Positions 27,717-36,108 of a DNA stretch of 52,535 bases are shown piece by piece. The stretch is from a virus (lineage: Duplodnaviria; Caudoviricetes). Numbering within the stretch: position 1 is the first letter of the stretch; each line of letters starts with the position of its first letter. The DNA is taken from positions 1-52,535 of IMG/VR virus record IMGVR_UViG_3300020477_000037; one strand, 5' to 3'. The position numbers were made by a program, and so were the translations under genes. Below the pieces are notes generated by a model that was not told the origin of the DNA, searched no databases, and was given only the letters and a program-made list of their open reading frames with translations.

Positions 27717-27982
27717 GTTGTATTTAAAATACCCTTAACTTCTTGTGATGCATTAGCTTTAAATTTTTTCTCCTCTAGGTTATAGTTTTCATTAATAGCC
27801 CAATCTACACCTAAAAATTTAGTCAATGAATCATGTAAAAATTCAGTAAAGTAATGGTTAAACGAATCTTCAATATCCCCTGCTATTTTATCAAATTCTT
27901 CATTACTTATTTTATTTGGGTCAATATCCCAATTTAAAAGGTCATCATCATCAAGCAAAGTTATTTTCCAATGACGTTGCAT
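27713..27982 (-). CDS. Acidic hypothetical protein ending in KKFKANASQEVKGILNTT
   Basis: AAGGAG SD; C-terminus shared with 28417..28740. Confidence 0.55.
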   Translation of the reverse strand: MQRHWKITLLDDDDLLNWDIDPNKISNEEFDKIAGDIEDSFNHYFTEFLHDSLTKFLGVDWAINENYNLEEKKFKANASQEVKGILNTT

Positions 27983-28025
27983 TTTTAGCTCCTTTTATTT
28001 CCTTTCACAAGATTTTATTGCATGA

Positions 28026-28373
28026 CTAGAATAAAAATTTATAGACATAAATCATGCGGTGTATGTATATACATAGTTCATCTCCTGCCTTTGCATACTT
28101 ATTAAGCCCTCTAATACTTAGGCGTTTATTTCCACGCTTCGTTGTATAAAACCTCATTACAGTTTCTATGTCATTATTCATGTCCCGATCAAGGGGATCG
28201 CTTCGCAATATGCATTTAATTCCAGTTTTGTTTTTGAAATTTATATTATGTTCAAGGGCTATATCTAGTATCGATTTATTACAATCAATGATACTCTTAT
28301 CAAGCATAGTTTGAGTGACCTTGAGTAATCCACTCCTACCTGAATTTTTAGTTGGTTTTAGCAGTCCACCCAT
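28026..28373 (-). CDS. Stand-alone domain resembling the N-terminal DNA-binding barrel of MvaI/BcnI- or EcoRII-type restriction proteins
   Basis: VTQTMLDKSIID...FYTTKRGNKRLSIRGLNKYAKAGDELCI; resemblance is from memory. Confidence 0.4.
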   Translation of the reverse strand: MGGLLKPTKNSGRSGLLKVTQTMLDKSIIDCNKSILDIALEHNINFKNKTGIKCILRSDPLDRDMNNDIETVMRFYTTKRGNKRLSIRGLNKYAKAGDELCIYIHRMIYVYKFLF

Positions 28374-28416
28374 AATTAGTCTCCATTTTTTTTAGGTTTA
28401 AACTTAAAGATAATTA

Positions 28417-28740
28417 TTAGGCTGTATTAAAAATATCCTTAACTTCTTGCGAGGCGTTAGCTTTAAATTTTTTCCAATGACCGCCCCATCTATTACCTCT
28501 CTCATCTTTTCTTCCATACTTGTAAAATCGGAGAGCGAGATCTATATCATACTTATATTTGCCGGACTGATTTTTTACTTTACTCTTAATAAAAATAGCG
28601 TCTCTTACATCATCACGTTGCATCTTGCGGATTTTATAATTTCTCAATTGCAGAACGTGAAGATGTTTACTGCCCTGTTTAACTAAGATACCAGAATGCC
28701 ATTGGTTGTACTTTCTTTCATACCACTCTATCAGTTTCAT
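28417..28740 (-). CDS. Basic hypothetical protein ending in KKFKANASQEVKDIFNTA
   Basis: AAGGAGGT SD and its own sigma70-type promoter. Confidence 0.6.
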   Translation of the reverse strand: MKLIEWYERKYNQWHSGILVKQGSKHLHVLQLRNYKIRKMQRDDVRDAIFIKSKVKNQSGKYKYDIDLALRFYKYGRKDERGNRWGGHWKKFKANASQEVKDIFNTA

Positions 28741-28769
28741 ATTACCTCCTTTATTATTTTTGAATTATT

Positions 28770-28798
28770 ATCTTACCATACTTTTATTCTGTAGTCAA
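28770..28798 (-). promoter_or_regulatory. Sigma70-type promoter
   Basis: TTGACT-17 nt-TAAGAT with extended -10 TG. Confidence 0.7.
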
Positions 28799-28924
28799 AT
28801 TTATTTTCGGATCGAACCCAACATCACTTGTATTCCACTCCGCACTACAGGCTATAAAAGAGAGTATAAACAGAATAAGTATAAGTGTACTTAATTCTAT
28901 CCATATATATGGTTTTCTATTCAT
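28784..28924 (-). CDS. Small putative lipoprotein, 46 aa (not in ORF track)
   Basis: MNRKPYIWIELSTLILILFILSFIACSAEW...; lipobox-like FIAC; ATGA overlap with the upstream stop. Confidence 0.45.
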   Translation of the reverse strand: MNRKPYIWIELSTLILILFILSFIACSAEWNTSDVGFDPKINLTTE

Positions 28925-29157
28925 CCTAGCTTCTTCACATCTTGCTGTTTCATAGTCCATAAATTAAATATCCTCCTAAGAATAAAACTTCTACATAAAG
29001 ATACGAGTGTAAACATCCCGGCTATAATAAAATGTTTTTGATAAGTTACATAAATACCTAATACTGGATATATTAGATACTGTGTCCATATTGCCAGACC
29101 ATATCCAACTGTTATGTTTGCTAGTGATTCTATAAAGCTATGACTAAGTGTTTGCAT
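28921..29157 (-). CDS. Small two-TM phage membrane protein
   Basis: SFIESLANITVGY...FTLVSLCRSFILRRIFN, a common phage family pattern. Confidence 0.65.
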   Translation of the reverse strand: MQTLSHSFIESLANITVGYGLAIWTQYLIYPVLGIYVTYQKHFIIAGMFTLVSLCRSFILRRIFNLWTMKQQDVKKLG

Positions 29158-29184
29158 TACTTCTTTGTCCTCCTATATTTTAAA

Positions 29185-29628
29185 TTAAACAACCCTATCT
29201 ATAAACTCAGAGGTTTTTCTCATACGCTCTGACAATACTCTTAATAGTGGCAGGAGTATTTCTGGTTTCTCTTTACACATTTCTATATATTGATCATGTG
29301 TTATCTCAGCCAAGATAACCGTAGATCTTGCTATACACGATGCTGATCTACGCAACCCGTCTATCATTGCCAACTCACCAAAGACTTGGTTCTCCTTAAG
29401 AGTAGTAACGTATTTAGGTATGCCATCATCACCGCCTCGCCTGACTTCTACCTCCCCATATAAAATGATATAAGCTTGGTTAGTTGCTTCTCCTTCTTGG
29501 ATAATTACTTCTCCTTCCTCTGCCCTTATAGTTTCGTGTAATCTATTATCAGTCATGACTCTAATGAATAGATCGTTACCGTTTAAATCTTTTGTTGGTT
29601 CTCGCATATTAATACGTTGCATAATCAC
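29185..29628 (-). CDS. Stand-alone cyclic nucleotide-binding domain protein (CRP-like, no HTH)
   Basis: GEVIIQEGE...YIILYGEVEV...VFGELAMIDGLRRSASCIA phosphate-binding cassette; ends after the C-helix. Confidence 0.88.
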   Translation of the reverse strand: MIMQRINMREPTKDLNGNDLFIRVMTDNRLHETIRAEEGEVIIQEGEATNQAYIILYGEVEVRRGGDDGIPKYVTTLKENQVFGELAMIDGLRRSASCIARSTVILAEITHDQYIEMCKEKPEILLPLLRVLSERMRKTSEFIDRVV

Positions 29629-29840
29629 CTCACTTTTTTAACTCTAGTATCACCGTTTATATTAACTGCCCACTTAACTAAGACTGGTGTTTCATCGTAG
29701 CTAATTTGTTCTATCTCATATTTGTATTCTGTTTTTGATTGTGGTCTGCCAATACAACCACATAAGCTAATTCTTTTAAAACATTCTAAACATCTCTTCT
29801 CATCACTCATTGGAACCTCCTTATATAGTTTTAGACTCAT
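29625..29840 (-). CDS. Small Cys-rich hypothetical protein
   Basis: CLEC...CGC motif. Confidence 0.45.
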   Translation of the reverse strand: MSLKLYKEVPMSDEKRCLECFKRISLCGCIGRPQSKTEYKYEIEQISYDETPVLVKWAVNINGDTRVKKVR

Positions 29841-30054
29841 TATATTTTTCCCACCATATTGTTAACGATATATGCATTCCATTATCACTTTCCCCTCTAA
29901 ATTTATACGACCAATTTTTACCTAGTTTTCTGATTAAAAATTTTTCAAACTCATGAAGGAATACATCACTCAACACCTCATGATCAGCAATCTCTTCCTC
30001 TTCCTTTGAATTCTTAAAGCTTGATACTCGTTCTATTAATAATCTTGTTCTCAT
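29821..30054 (-). CDS. Hypothetical protein
   Basis: GGAGG SD; ATGA-coupled to the HNH gene. Confidence 0.5.
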   Translation of the reverse strand: MRTRLLIERVSSFKNSKEEEEIADHEVLSDVFLHEFEKFLIRKLGKNWSYKFRGESDNGMHISLTIWWEKYNESKTI

Positions 30055-30386
30055 GTTACCTCCATTTTGTTTTTAGTGATAGCACCTCTACGCCCACCAT
30101 GAACCATCCTTAAACGTCCATCTTTAGAAACGTTCCTCACTCCAAAGGTTGGTGTTTGTGAGTGGCAGTTAGGACAAAGTAGTCTTACGTTGTCCAATGT
30201 GTTTCGCTTGTTATCCCCATCAATATGATCGAGGTGTAGCGTTAGTTTATTCCCTAGCCATGTTGAAATATTACAGGTGTTACATTTATCTATATTCAAT
30301 TGGTTTTTAAGGTATCTAATCATGACCTTTTTACTCGCCTTACCATTCTTAACTACTTGTTCTCTTTTCGAGTTCCACCCGCTCAT
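30051..30386 (-). CDS. HNH endonuclease
   Basis: CNTC...LHLDHIDGDNKRNTLDNVRLLCPNCHSQT. Confidence 0.9.
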   Translation of the reverse strand: MSGWNSKREQVVKNGKASKKVMIRYLKNQLNIDKCNTCNISTWLGNKLTLHLDHIDGDNKRNTLDNVRLLCPNCHSQTPTFGVRNVSKDGRLRMVHGGRRGAITKNKMEVT

Positions 30387-30456
30387 GCTACCTCCTTTAA
30401 TCCTTTTTATTTTAAAATATATTAAAACAATTACAGGGATTAATTACTCTATTATG

Positions 30457-30479
30457 AGGGGAAAGTTTCCCTTCCCCCC
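30457..30479 (-). terminator. Hairpin downstream of the DUF932-like gene
   Basis: Minus strand GGGGGAAG-GGAAA-CTTTCCCC; weak U-tract. Confidence 0.4.
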
Positions 30480-30491
30480 ATCCTAGAATAA

Positions 30492-31331
30492 TTAAGCAGT
30501 CACCTCGATCTCGATTTGTTCAGGTTGAAAGCGAGGATTATAGAGGTTGTCAAAATTCTCTACCTTGTTATATTTTTCCATGAAATTAATGATATTCATT
30601 CCCGCAGTCATAGTTTTGTCTGGGGAATATTTCTTCCAAACCTCGTTAAATGAATTATATAAAGAATATGCTGTACGTCCCTCAAATTCCTTATATTTCG
30701 GGGATAACCAATGCTCTGCCACGCTGTTACAATGTGATTTGCCGGTCAATATAGGAACCTCTCCTTCTTGGAAGGATGAATCCATTGCAGACAATTGGAT
30801 TAATGCTAATCCCTGAGCATTTGAAATAGGCATTTCCCTTAGTTTCGTTTCAAATTTTTGAAATTGGCTGATCGATTCAAGCCAATGTGATACTCCGCCC
30901 ATCATCCAAGCATCGATTCCCATCTTACCGATCTGAGAAGTTTGTTTTGCTCCCCATGTGAAATCAGCGTTATACATTCCATTAGTGCAAACAAAAAGAG
31001 ATTTTCCCATAAAGATTTGTTTGCGGAATTTTCTCATGTTACTAGCCCGCATAATTAGTGAGTACTGCCCGTCTTTGGCTTCCCAATGCGGTGTTGACTC
31101 GTTGAAAAGATACTCGCAATACATTGATCCAGAATCGGGTGAAAGGAAATAATTTTTATTATTAACGTGTTCCATTAACCCCTTGCCGATTAACGCTGAT
31201 TCTAACCCTTCCACTTGGTCTGCGAATGCTGTAGGACAATGTCTAGATGAAGCATCCTCAGGGACTACCAAACTACAATTTTTAACTTGACTCTCATTTA
31301 CTTTGTTGAATCCGCCGGCACATAAGCCCAT
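30492..31331 (-). CDS. DUF932-like protein
   Basis: FVCTNGM and RTAYSLYNSFNE motifs. Confidence 0.65.
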   Translation of the reverse strand: MGLCAGGFNKVNESQVKNCSLVVPEDASSRHCPTAFADQVEGLESALIGKGLMEHVNNKNYFLSPDSGSMYCEYLFNESTPHWEAKDGQYSLIMRASNMRKFRKQIFMGKSLFVCTNGMYNADFTWGAKQTSQIGKMGIDAWMMGGVSHWLESISQFQKFETKLREMPISNAQGLALIQLSAMDSSFQEGEVPILTGKSHCNSVAEHWLSPKYKEFEGRTAYSLYNSFNEVWKKYSPDKTMTAGMNIINFMEKYNKVENFDNLYNPRFQPEQIEIEVTA

Positions 31332-31388
31332 GATATCCTCCTTGCTTAGTTTCGATTAGACGTTATTGTCTAATCTCATTGTTTCTAT

Positions 31389-31417
31389 ATTAGATCATAC
31401 TACTCGTTTTAAGTCAA
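31389..31417 (-). promoter_or_regulatory. Sigma70-type promoter, followed by a perfect 8-bp inverted repeat at 31354..31375
   Basis: TTGACT-17 nt-TCTAAT with extended TG; the repeat reads GATTAGAC-N6-GTCTAATC. Confidence 0.6.
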
Positions 31418-31440
31418 TAGGTGTTTTTCTTTTTTTTTAT

Positions 31441-31569
31441 TTAAAATTTAATTGTATATATTACCGCCGTATCTTTTTCTCTTTCATATAAGTTTGAATG
31501 TTTATATTTGTATTGGTTTGTGGCAGAACATCCAATACATAAGAAAAGAATTAAGATAATTAATTTCAT
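31441..31569 (-). CDS. Tiny putative lipoprotein, 42 aa (not in ORF track)
   Basis: MKLIILILFLCIGCSATNQYKYKHSNLYEREKDTAVIYTIKF; AGGGG SD; C-terminal Phe. Confidence 0.5.
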   Translation of the reverse strand: MKLIILILFLCIGCSATNQYKYKHSNLYEREKDTAVIYTIKF

Positions 31570-31577
31570 GGTATCCC

Positions 31578-31628
31578 CTAAAAAATAGCATCCAAAATCG
31601 TTAATAAAATATAGATAATTGCGTCCAT
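31578..31628 (-). CDS. 16-aa hydrophobic micropeptide
   Basis: MDAIIYILLTILDAIF; GAAAGG SD. Confidence 0.35.
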   Translation of the reverse strand: MDAIIYILLTILDAIF

Positions 31629-31648
31629 TTTTTGCCTTTCTATTAAGG

Positions 31649-31732
31649 TTAATATTGAATGATTTTAATTGTAAACCAAGCGATAATTAATACCCAAGTT
31701 ATCGCCATTAATATTTTTTGATTTATCGTCAT
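31649..31732 (-). CDS. 27-aa single-TM micropeptide
   Basis: MTINQKILMAITWVLIIAWFTIKIIQY; GAGGGG SD. Confidence 0.45.
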   Translation of the reverse strand: MTINQKILMAITWVLIIAWFTIKIIQY

Positions 31733-31793
31733 GTTATCCCCTCTTTAAAGATTATTAATGTCTACCCTACCCTATCTATTAAAAACTTTATAA

Positions 31794-31820
31794 AATCCCT
31801 TAGAATTGATCTAAGGGATT
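31794..31820 (-). terminator. Intrinsic terminator-like hairpin after the GP88-like gene
   Basis: Perfect 11-bp stem AATCCCTTAGA/TCTAAGGGATT ending in a short T run. Confidence 0.55.
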
Positions 31821-31830
31821 CTAAAAACCT

Positions 31831-32634
31831 TTAATAATTTACGATAAAAGGATTCTTACCGATTTGTTTTAAAGCTTTCCCCTTTGCTTTCAAACAAACT
31901 ATAAAACCATGTTTGTCTTTTGGATCTAAAAACCGATTGTCGGAAATTTCACCGTCAATAGCTAAATAAGAATGATCTTTCCATAACTGATATTTATCCG
32001 GAGAAAAACAAACGGCAACATTTATTCCTAACTGAAAAGCTTTTTTAACCTTTTGACAATCTAGAAAGTTACTCGTATTTCCATCAAAGGAATACGTTAA
32101 ATGATAGTTTTCATATGTATTATTTTTGACTTTGTCTATATCCTTTGTATAGTCATAAAATTGAATTTCTGGGAATAGTTGAAAAATTGATTCATAATAT
32201 TGATTTTCCCAAATAAGCGAGATTTTAGAATAATCAATGTCACTAAAACAATTTAAGCGAATTGCCGGTTTTAAATTTCTCTTTTCACAAAAATTTCTAA
32301 ACTTTAAAATTTCTTCCACTAAAATAGTTATAAACAATTCCCTATCATTTTCAAAGAATTTTAGTTTTTGTAAACGAGCCTTTTGTACACTAGAAAATTT
32401 CCCTCTTCCCGCATAAGTCAAGCAAATAGACTTACAAAGGTTTCTAACGGCCTTTAAGCAAACATTGTCATTCGGATATAATGAAACATTAGCAGTCAAA
32501 TATTGACTTCCATTTTTCGATTCTTTAATTATTTTTGAGTTTGAATTCCAAGAAAGTAATTTTCCAGATTCGGCTAGAAAATCATGTTCTATTAAATAAT
32601 TTTGAAAAACTTTTCTATAAGATTTTCTTTTCAT
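31831..32634 (-). CDS. GP88-like protein (radical-SAM-related phage family)
   Basis: VCLKA...CKSICLTYAGRG, AIRLNCFSDI, QFYDYTK, NYHLTYS, IDGEISDNRFLD, LKAKG. Confidence 0.7.
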   Translation of the reverse strand: MKRKSYRKVFQNYLIEHDFLAESGKLLSWNSNSKIIKESKNGSQYLTANVSLYPNDNVCLKAVRNLCKSICLTYAGRGKFSSVQKARLQKLKFFENDRELFITILVEEILKFRNFCEKRNLKPAIRLNCFSDIDYSKISLIWENQYYESIFQLFPEIQFYDYTKDIDKVKNNTYENYHLTYSFDGNTSNFLDCQKVKKAFQLGINVAVCFSPDKYQLWKDHSYLAIDGEISDNRFLDPKDKHGFIVCLKAKGKALKQIGKNPFIVNY

Positions 32635-32672
32635 TTTATAGCCTTTCTATTAAGGTTACTCATTTCTTCCAT

Positions 32673-32701
32673 AAACTATCAAATTTGGAATATCTTGTCA
32701 A
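32673..32701 (-). promoter_or_regulatory. Sigma70-type early promoter
   Basis: TTGACA-17 nt-TAGTTT with extended TG. Confidence 0.65.
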
Positions 32702-32739
32702 TAGAAAAACGAATACCTTGTCTAAGCGTCTCAGCTAGG

Positions 32740-33240
32740 CCTAGTTAAGAGATTATTTCTCGTGGCTATAAGACCATTAGTTATATTGAGAAAGTCGATT
32801 CTAGTAAATAACTAATTTTAAATGAGTTATGCCGTTTATTCTTAATAAGTAAAGTTTAATAAAAAAGTTTAATAAAAAAGTTTATATTAGTTTAAAATAG
32901 TTTTTTATAGAATTTTAATTCTATGAAAGAGAATCAAAATAAGTTTAATTGGACTCATAAAAGTTTTAAGAGAAAAAAGAAAATAGGAATGGTATATTAT
33001 TTTTTTATATAGGTTTATTTGAATGGGATATTAAGGGTTGATAAATCGGAAAATCGTTTCATTCCCTAACAAGAAAGCATTTTTTTAAATCCCCAACACA
33101 ATGTATAAGGATTTAAAATGAATATCTATCCAATTAGATCTAATGTGATCGAAAAATGCATATATAATGAATAGATTCTTAATCAAAATCCAAACTCGAG
33201 CCTGAATATGGAACCTAGACCGCTAGGTTCGGTAACTATT
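32740..33240. other. AT-rich non-coding divergence region (candidate terminus/pac/control region)
   Basis: No long ORF; A/T tracts; 13-bp tandem AAAGTTTAATAAA at 32851..32884; inverted repeat GAACCTAG-ACCG-CTAGGTTC at 33211..33230. Confidence 0.5.
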
Positions 33241-33241
33241 A

Positions 33242-33439
33242 ATGGATTCCTTCGAAAATATCCGCTCCGTTTTTTTCTCAAAATGTGTTTTTTGCCAAGC
33301 AGAGAACTCGTATATTTACTTGTCTTCTCATTGGGAATGTGTTAACTGTCATATTGTTATAGAAACTTGTTGTGAGGGATATAATGACTGCTCATGGAAG
33401 TCCTCAGAGGCTCATAAAAGCAAAAAAAATCAAAGGTAA
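33242..33439 (+). CDS. Small Cys-rich (zinc-ribbon-like) protein
   Basis: CVFC...CVNCH...CCEG. Confidence 0.4.
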   Translation: MDSFENIRSVFFSKCVFCQAENSYIYLSSHWECVNCHIVIETCCEGYNDCSWKSSEAHKSKKNQR

Positions 33440-33695
33440 GGGTAAATATCAATTTCCTAAATGGAAGCCCGTAAAAGTCATCTGGGATGATGCTGTGGCA
33501 GATGACGTATGGATGGGTGAAGCTGATATAGATAAGTTAAAAGATGCCGAAATTGAGAGCTACGGTATGTTTTATAGCTGTTCTAAGCAGTATATTGTTA
33601 TTGCTAGGAGTAAAGCTACTGATGCCAATGATGATTGCATTGAAGGTACGTTAAGAATACCTATGGGTATGGTTAAATCGGTAGAGGAATTATAA
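33372..33695 (+). CDS. Phage hypothetical protein; likely start ATG 33384
   Basis: VKVIWDDA...SYG...IPMGMV pattern, common in phages. Confidence 0.6.
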   Translation: MRDIMTAHGSPQRLIKAKKIKGKGKYQFPKWKPVKVIWDDAVADDVWMGEADIDKLKDAEIESYGMFYSCSKQYIVIARSKATDANDDCIEGTLRIPMGMVKSVEEL

Positions 33696-33705
33696 TGGAA
33701 GACCC

Positions 33706-33981
33706 ATGGGATCTAAGATCATCAGTTTTATTTACAATGACTGGAAAGAATACCGGCACAGGTTCGTAGCTGAGATGCTCGGAGTATGTTTTAATTTATC
33801 GGGGGGTATTATTTTAGCAATAACTTCACCAAATCCTTCACTTTTTATTATTTTTTTGTTATTTTTAGTTGGAGGTGTGTTATTATTAAGTGGGGCAATT
33901 GCTAGAAATTCTATTGCTTTAACTTGTTTGTACAGTTTTTATTTATTTATTGATTCATTGGGCTTATATAGGAGTCTATAG
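33706..33981 (+). CDS. Three-TM membrane protein
   Basis: Three hydrophobic segments. Confidence 0.55.
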   Translation: MGSKIISFIYNDWKEYRHRFVAEMLGVCFNLSGGIILAITSPNPSLFIIFLLFLVGGVLLLSGAIARNSIALTCLYSFYLFIDSLGLYRSL

Positions 33982-34451
33982 TGGATTTAGGCAGACAAGA
34001 ATTAGATTGGATCTATAAGTTGGAGCCGACAACGTATAGGGACGTTCCGGCAGTTAAATCTAAAAGTAATAAAAATCATCTAATTAATCTAAACGGAAGG
34101 AAGAATATGCGTTTGCACACACGCTATCATGAGATCATCGAGGAATGCAGGGAACTATCAGAAACCAAAAACGAAGACTACGCAAAAGAAGTAGATCCGT
34201 TGTGGAATTTACGGATGTGCGAGAATGCTGGGGTAGAAAGTTGGGTTGGAGTAGTAATTAGATTATGCGACAAGTTTTCTAGGCTATTATTATTTACTAA
34301 AAAAAGAACTCTGAAGGTTAAAGACGAGGGGATAGTAGATACTCTGAAAGATATTGTTAACTACTGCATTTTCTGTATTATATTCTTTGAAGAATGGCAG
34401 GAGAAACAGAAAAGAGTGGCAGAGGGTAACTCTACAGACAATCAGCAATGA
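33981..34451 (+). CDS. DUF1599 / nucleotide-modification-associated domain protein; alternative start 34107
   Basis: KNEDYA...IRLCDKFSRL...EGIVDTLKDIVNYCI. Confidence 0.8.
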   Translation: MDLGRQELDWIYKLEPTTYRDVPAVKSKSNKNHLINLNGRKNMRLHTRYHEIIEECRELSETKNEDYAKEVDPLWNLRMCENAGVESWVGVVIRLCDKFSRLLLFTKKRTLKVKDEGIVDTLKDIVNYCIFCIIFFEEWQEKQKRVAEGNSTDNQQ

Positions 34452-34659
34452 CCCAATGTCTTTTAAATCGAGCCAGATTTTGTCTATAATCAGTAATGAT
34501 GTGCCTTTGGATATTGAAACCATGTCTGAATTTGTCCGGCAAGCACAGGATCATGACCCCAAATTAGGGGCAATAGCAATTAAGATGTTTGAGGAATTAA
34601 ATTATCGCCGGAATGTTATGATTAGAATTGGTGAAATGATAGACGGAAAGATCATTTAA
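34448..34659 (+). CDS. Hypothetical protein (start uncertain, about 34457 in the 34354 frame)
   Basis: 3' part of ORF 34354..34659 that follows the DUF1599 stop. Confidence 0.35.
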
Positions 34660-34722
34660 AATTTCCCTCTCTATCTTTTATACTAGTATAATTATATATA
34701 TATAATATATCCCTTTTTTTAA

Positions 34723-35454
34723 ATGCCGAAAAATACTAAAAAACGTCTTGCATTAGCATTAGTTAGCAAGGGAGTAGCTAGAACAATTCCATATGCCGGT
34801 CAATTGTTATTAGCTAAAGATTTATACGACCTAGCTAAAGCAGCAAAGATATTAGTATGGGGTGCTGGCAGGGCAGATAATCCTGATAGAAAGGGATATG
34901 ATAAACTATATGGGAAGGATGTAGTACAAGGTGACCCATATCATGACCATCCAGATACATTGGATACAATATTACCTACTCTTGGGAAAAAAGATAAGGA
35001 TCTTGTGATATCTAATTTTGTTTTAAATACTTTGAAGGATAGAGAAAGAGATGAGGCCTTACAGCAAATAGCGAGTAGTGTGAGCGATGATGGGTTCGCT
35101 GAGATAAGGGTTCGTGGTACAGATGTTACTCGTAATGCTATTAAATCTAACTGGCCTAATATATCGCCTAGTGAAAGCGATAATATCCCGGTATACTTAA
35201 CTGGCAGGAATACTGTACAAGTGGGATATACACCACAAACAATTATGAACGAGGTTGGGAAATATTTTGATAATGTTGAATTATCTAAAGACAGTACCGG
35301 TTCGAGAATAACTGTATTAGCATCAAGTCCTAAAATTGGTAAGATGGAATTTAAAAGAGAAGAATTCACAGGTGAATCTGGATCTGCTAAAACTGCAATT
35401 AAAAGACCAGCGACATCGAGTTGGCTCCAGCCATCGACTCGGCTTAATAGATAG
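34723..35454 (+). CDS. Class I SAM-dependent methyltransferase-like protein with N-terminal IPxxGQ...AKDxYD motif
   Basis: ILVWGAGR (motif I-like), DPY, DLVISNFVLNTL, SSVSDDGFAEIRVR. Confidence 0.6.
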   Translation: MPKNTKKRLALALVSKGVARTIPYAGQLLLAKDLYDLAKAAKILVWGAGRADNPDRKGYDKLYGKDVVQGDPYHDHPDTLDTILPTLGKKDKDLVISNFVLNTLKDRERDEALQQIASSVSDDGFAEIRVRGTDVTRNAIKSNWPNISPSESDNIPVYLTGRNTVQVGYTPQTIMNEVGKYFDNVELSKDSTGSRITVLASSPKIGKMEFKREEFTGESGSAKTAIKRPATSSWLQPSTRLNR

Positions 35455-35463
35455 GAGAGTAAA

Positions 35464-36108
35464 ATGGAATACAAAGATAGACCGCAAGCAAGGCAAACAG
35501 AAACTTACAACAAGGTAATAAGTCGATTGAAGGAGGCAGCTAGGAATAAACTTACACCTGTCAGTATGGCTAAGAAGGCTATTCCTGTTGTTGGGCAAGC
35601 TATGGCTGCCAAAGATATCTATGACATAGTGACAAGCGTTATGGATGTTTTAGGTTCAGAGGGAGTTCTGAATAGAACGCCTGACATTGATTCTGTAGTT
35701 AGTAAAATCCAACAATCATCTACTAAGGGTAGACTTAAGGAGGTTAGTAAAAAGTTATTACCGACTCATGACGATAAGGCTGTTGTGGATAGGATTGCCT
35801 CTGGATGGCGTGACGTAGATCCTTCTATGTTGAAACAGCAACAACGACTTGATCGTGAAACTATAGATAGTTCTATTATAGATTCCAGAGGTTATAGTGA
35901 TGATATGTGGGATAGTTTGTATCAGGAGGAGGCTCCTGATTACGAAGGTGCTGAAGAAAGAGTAGATGAGGCTAGGGTTGAAGAAATGCAAGATATATTT
36001 AGGGAACGATTTCATGAAGCGATAGAAGAAGAAAGGGCTACGAACCCTGTATACGAACGATTGCGTCGCCAAAATGAGGGAACTATAGATGCGGTGGATG
36101 GCTGGTAA
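35464..36108 (+). CDS. Hypothetical protein with the same IPxxGQ...AKDxYD motif and an acidic C-terminus
   Basis: AIPVVGQAMAAKDIYDI; D/E-rich tail; AGGAG SD. Confidence 0.6.
   Translation: MEYKDRPQARQTETYNKVISRLKEAARNKLTPVSMAKKAIPVVGQAMAAKDIYDIVTSVMDVLGSEGVLNRTPDIDSVVSKIQQSSTKGRLKEVSKKLLPTHDDKAVVDRIASGWRDVDPSMLKQQQRLDRETIDSSIIDSRGYSDDMWDSLYQEEAPDYEGAEERVDEARVEEMQDIFRERFHEAIEEERATNPVYERLRRQNEGTIDAVDGW

Noticed and set aside
31345-31385. Hammerhead-like motif on the minus strand (ATGAG-stem-CGAAAC)
   Set aside because: Lacks the CUGA core and I found no stem I or III; kept only as a hairpin or operator.
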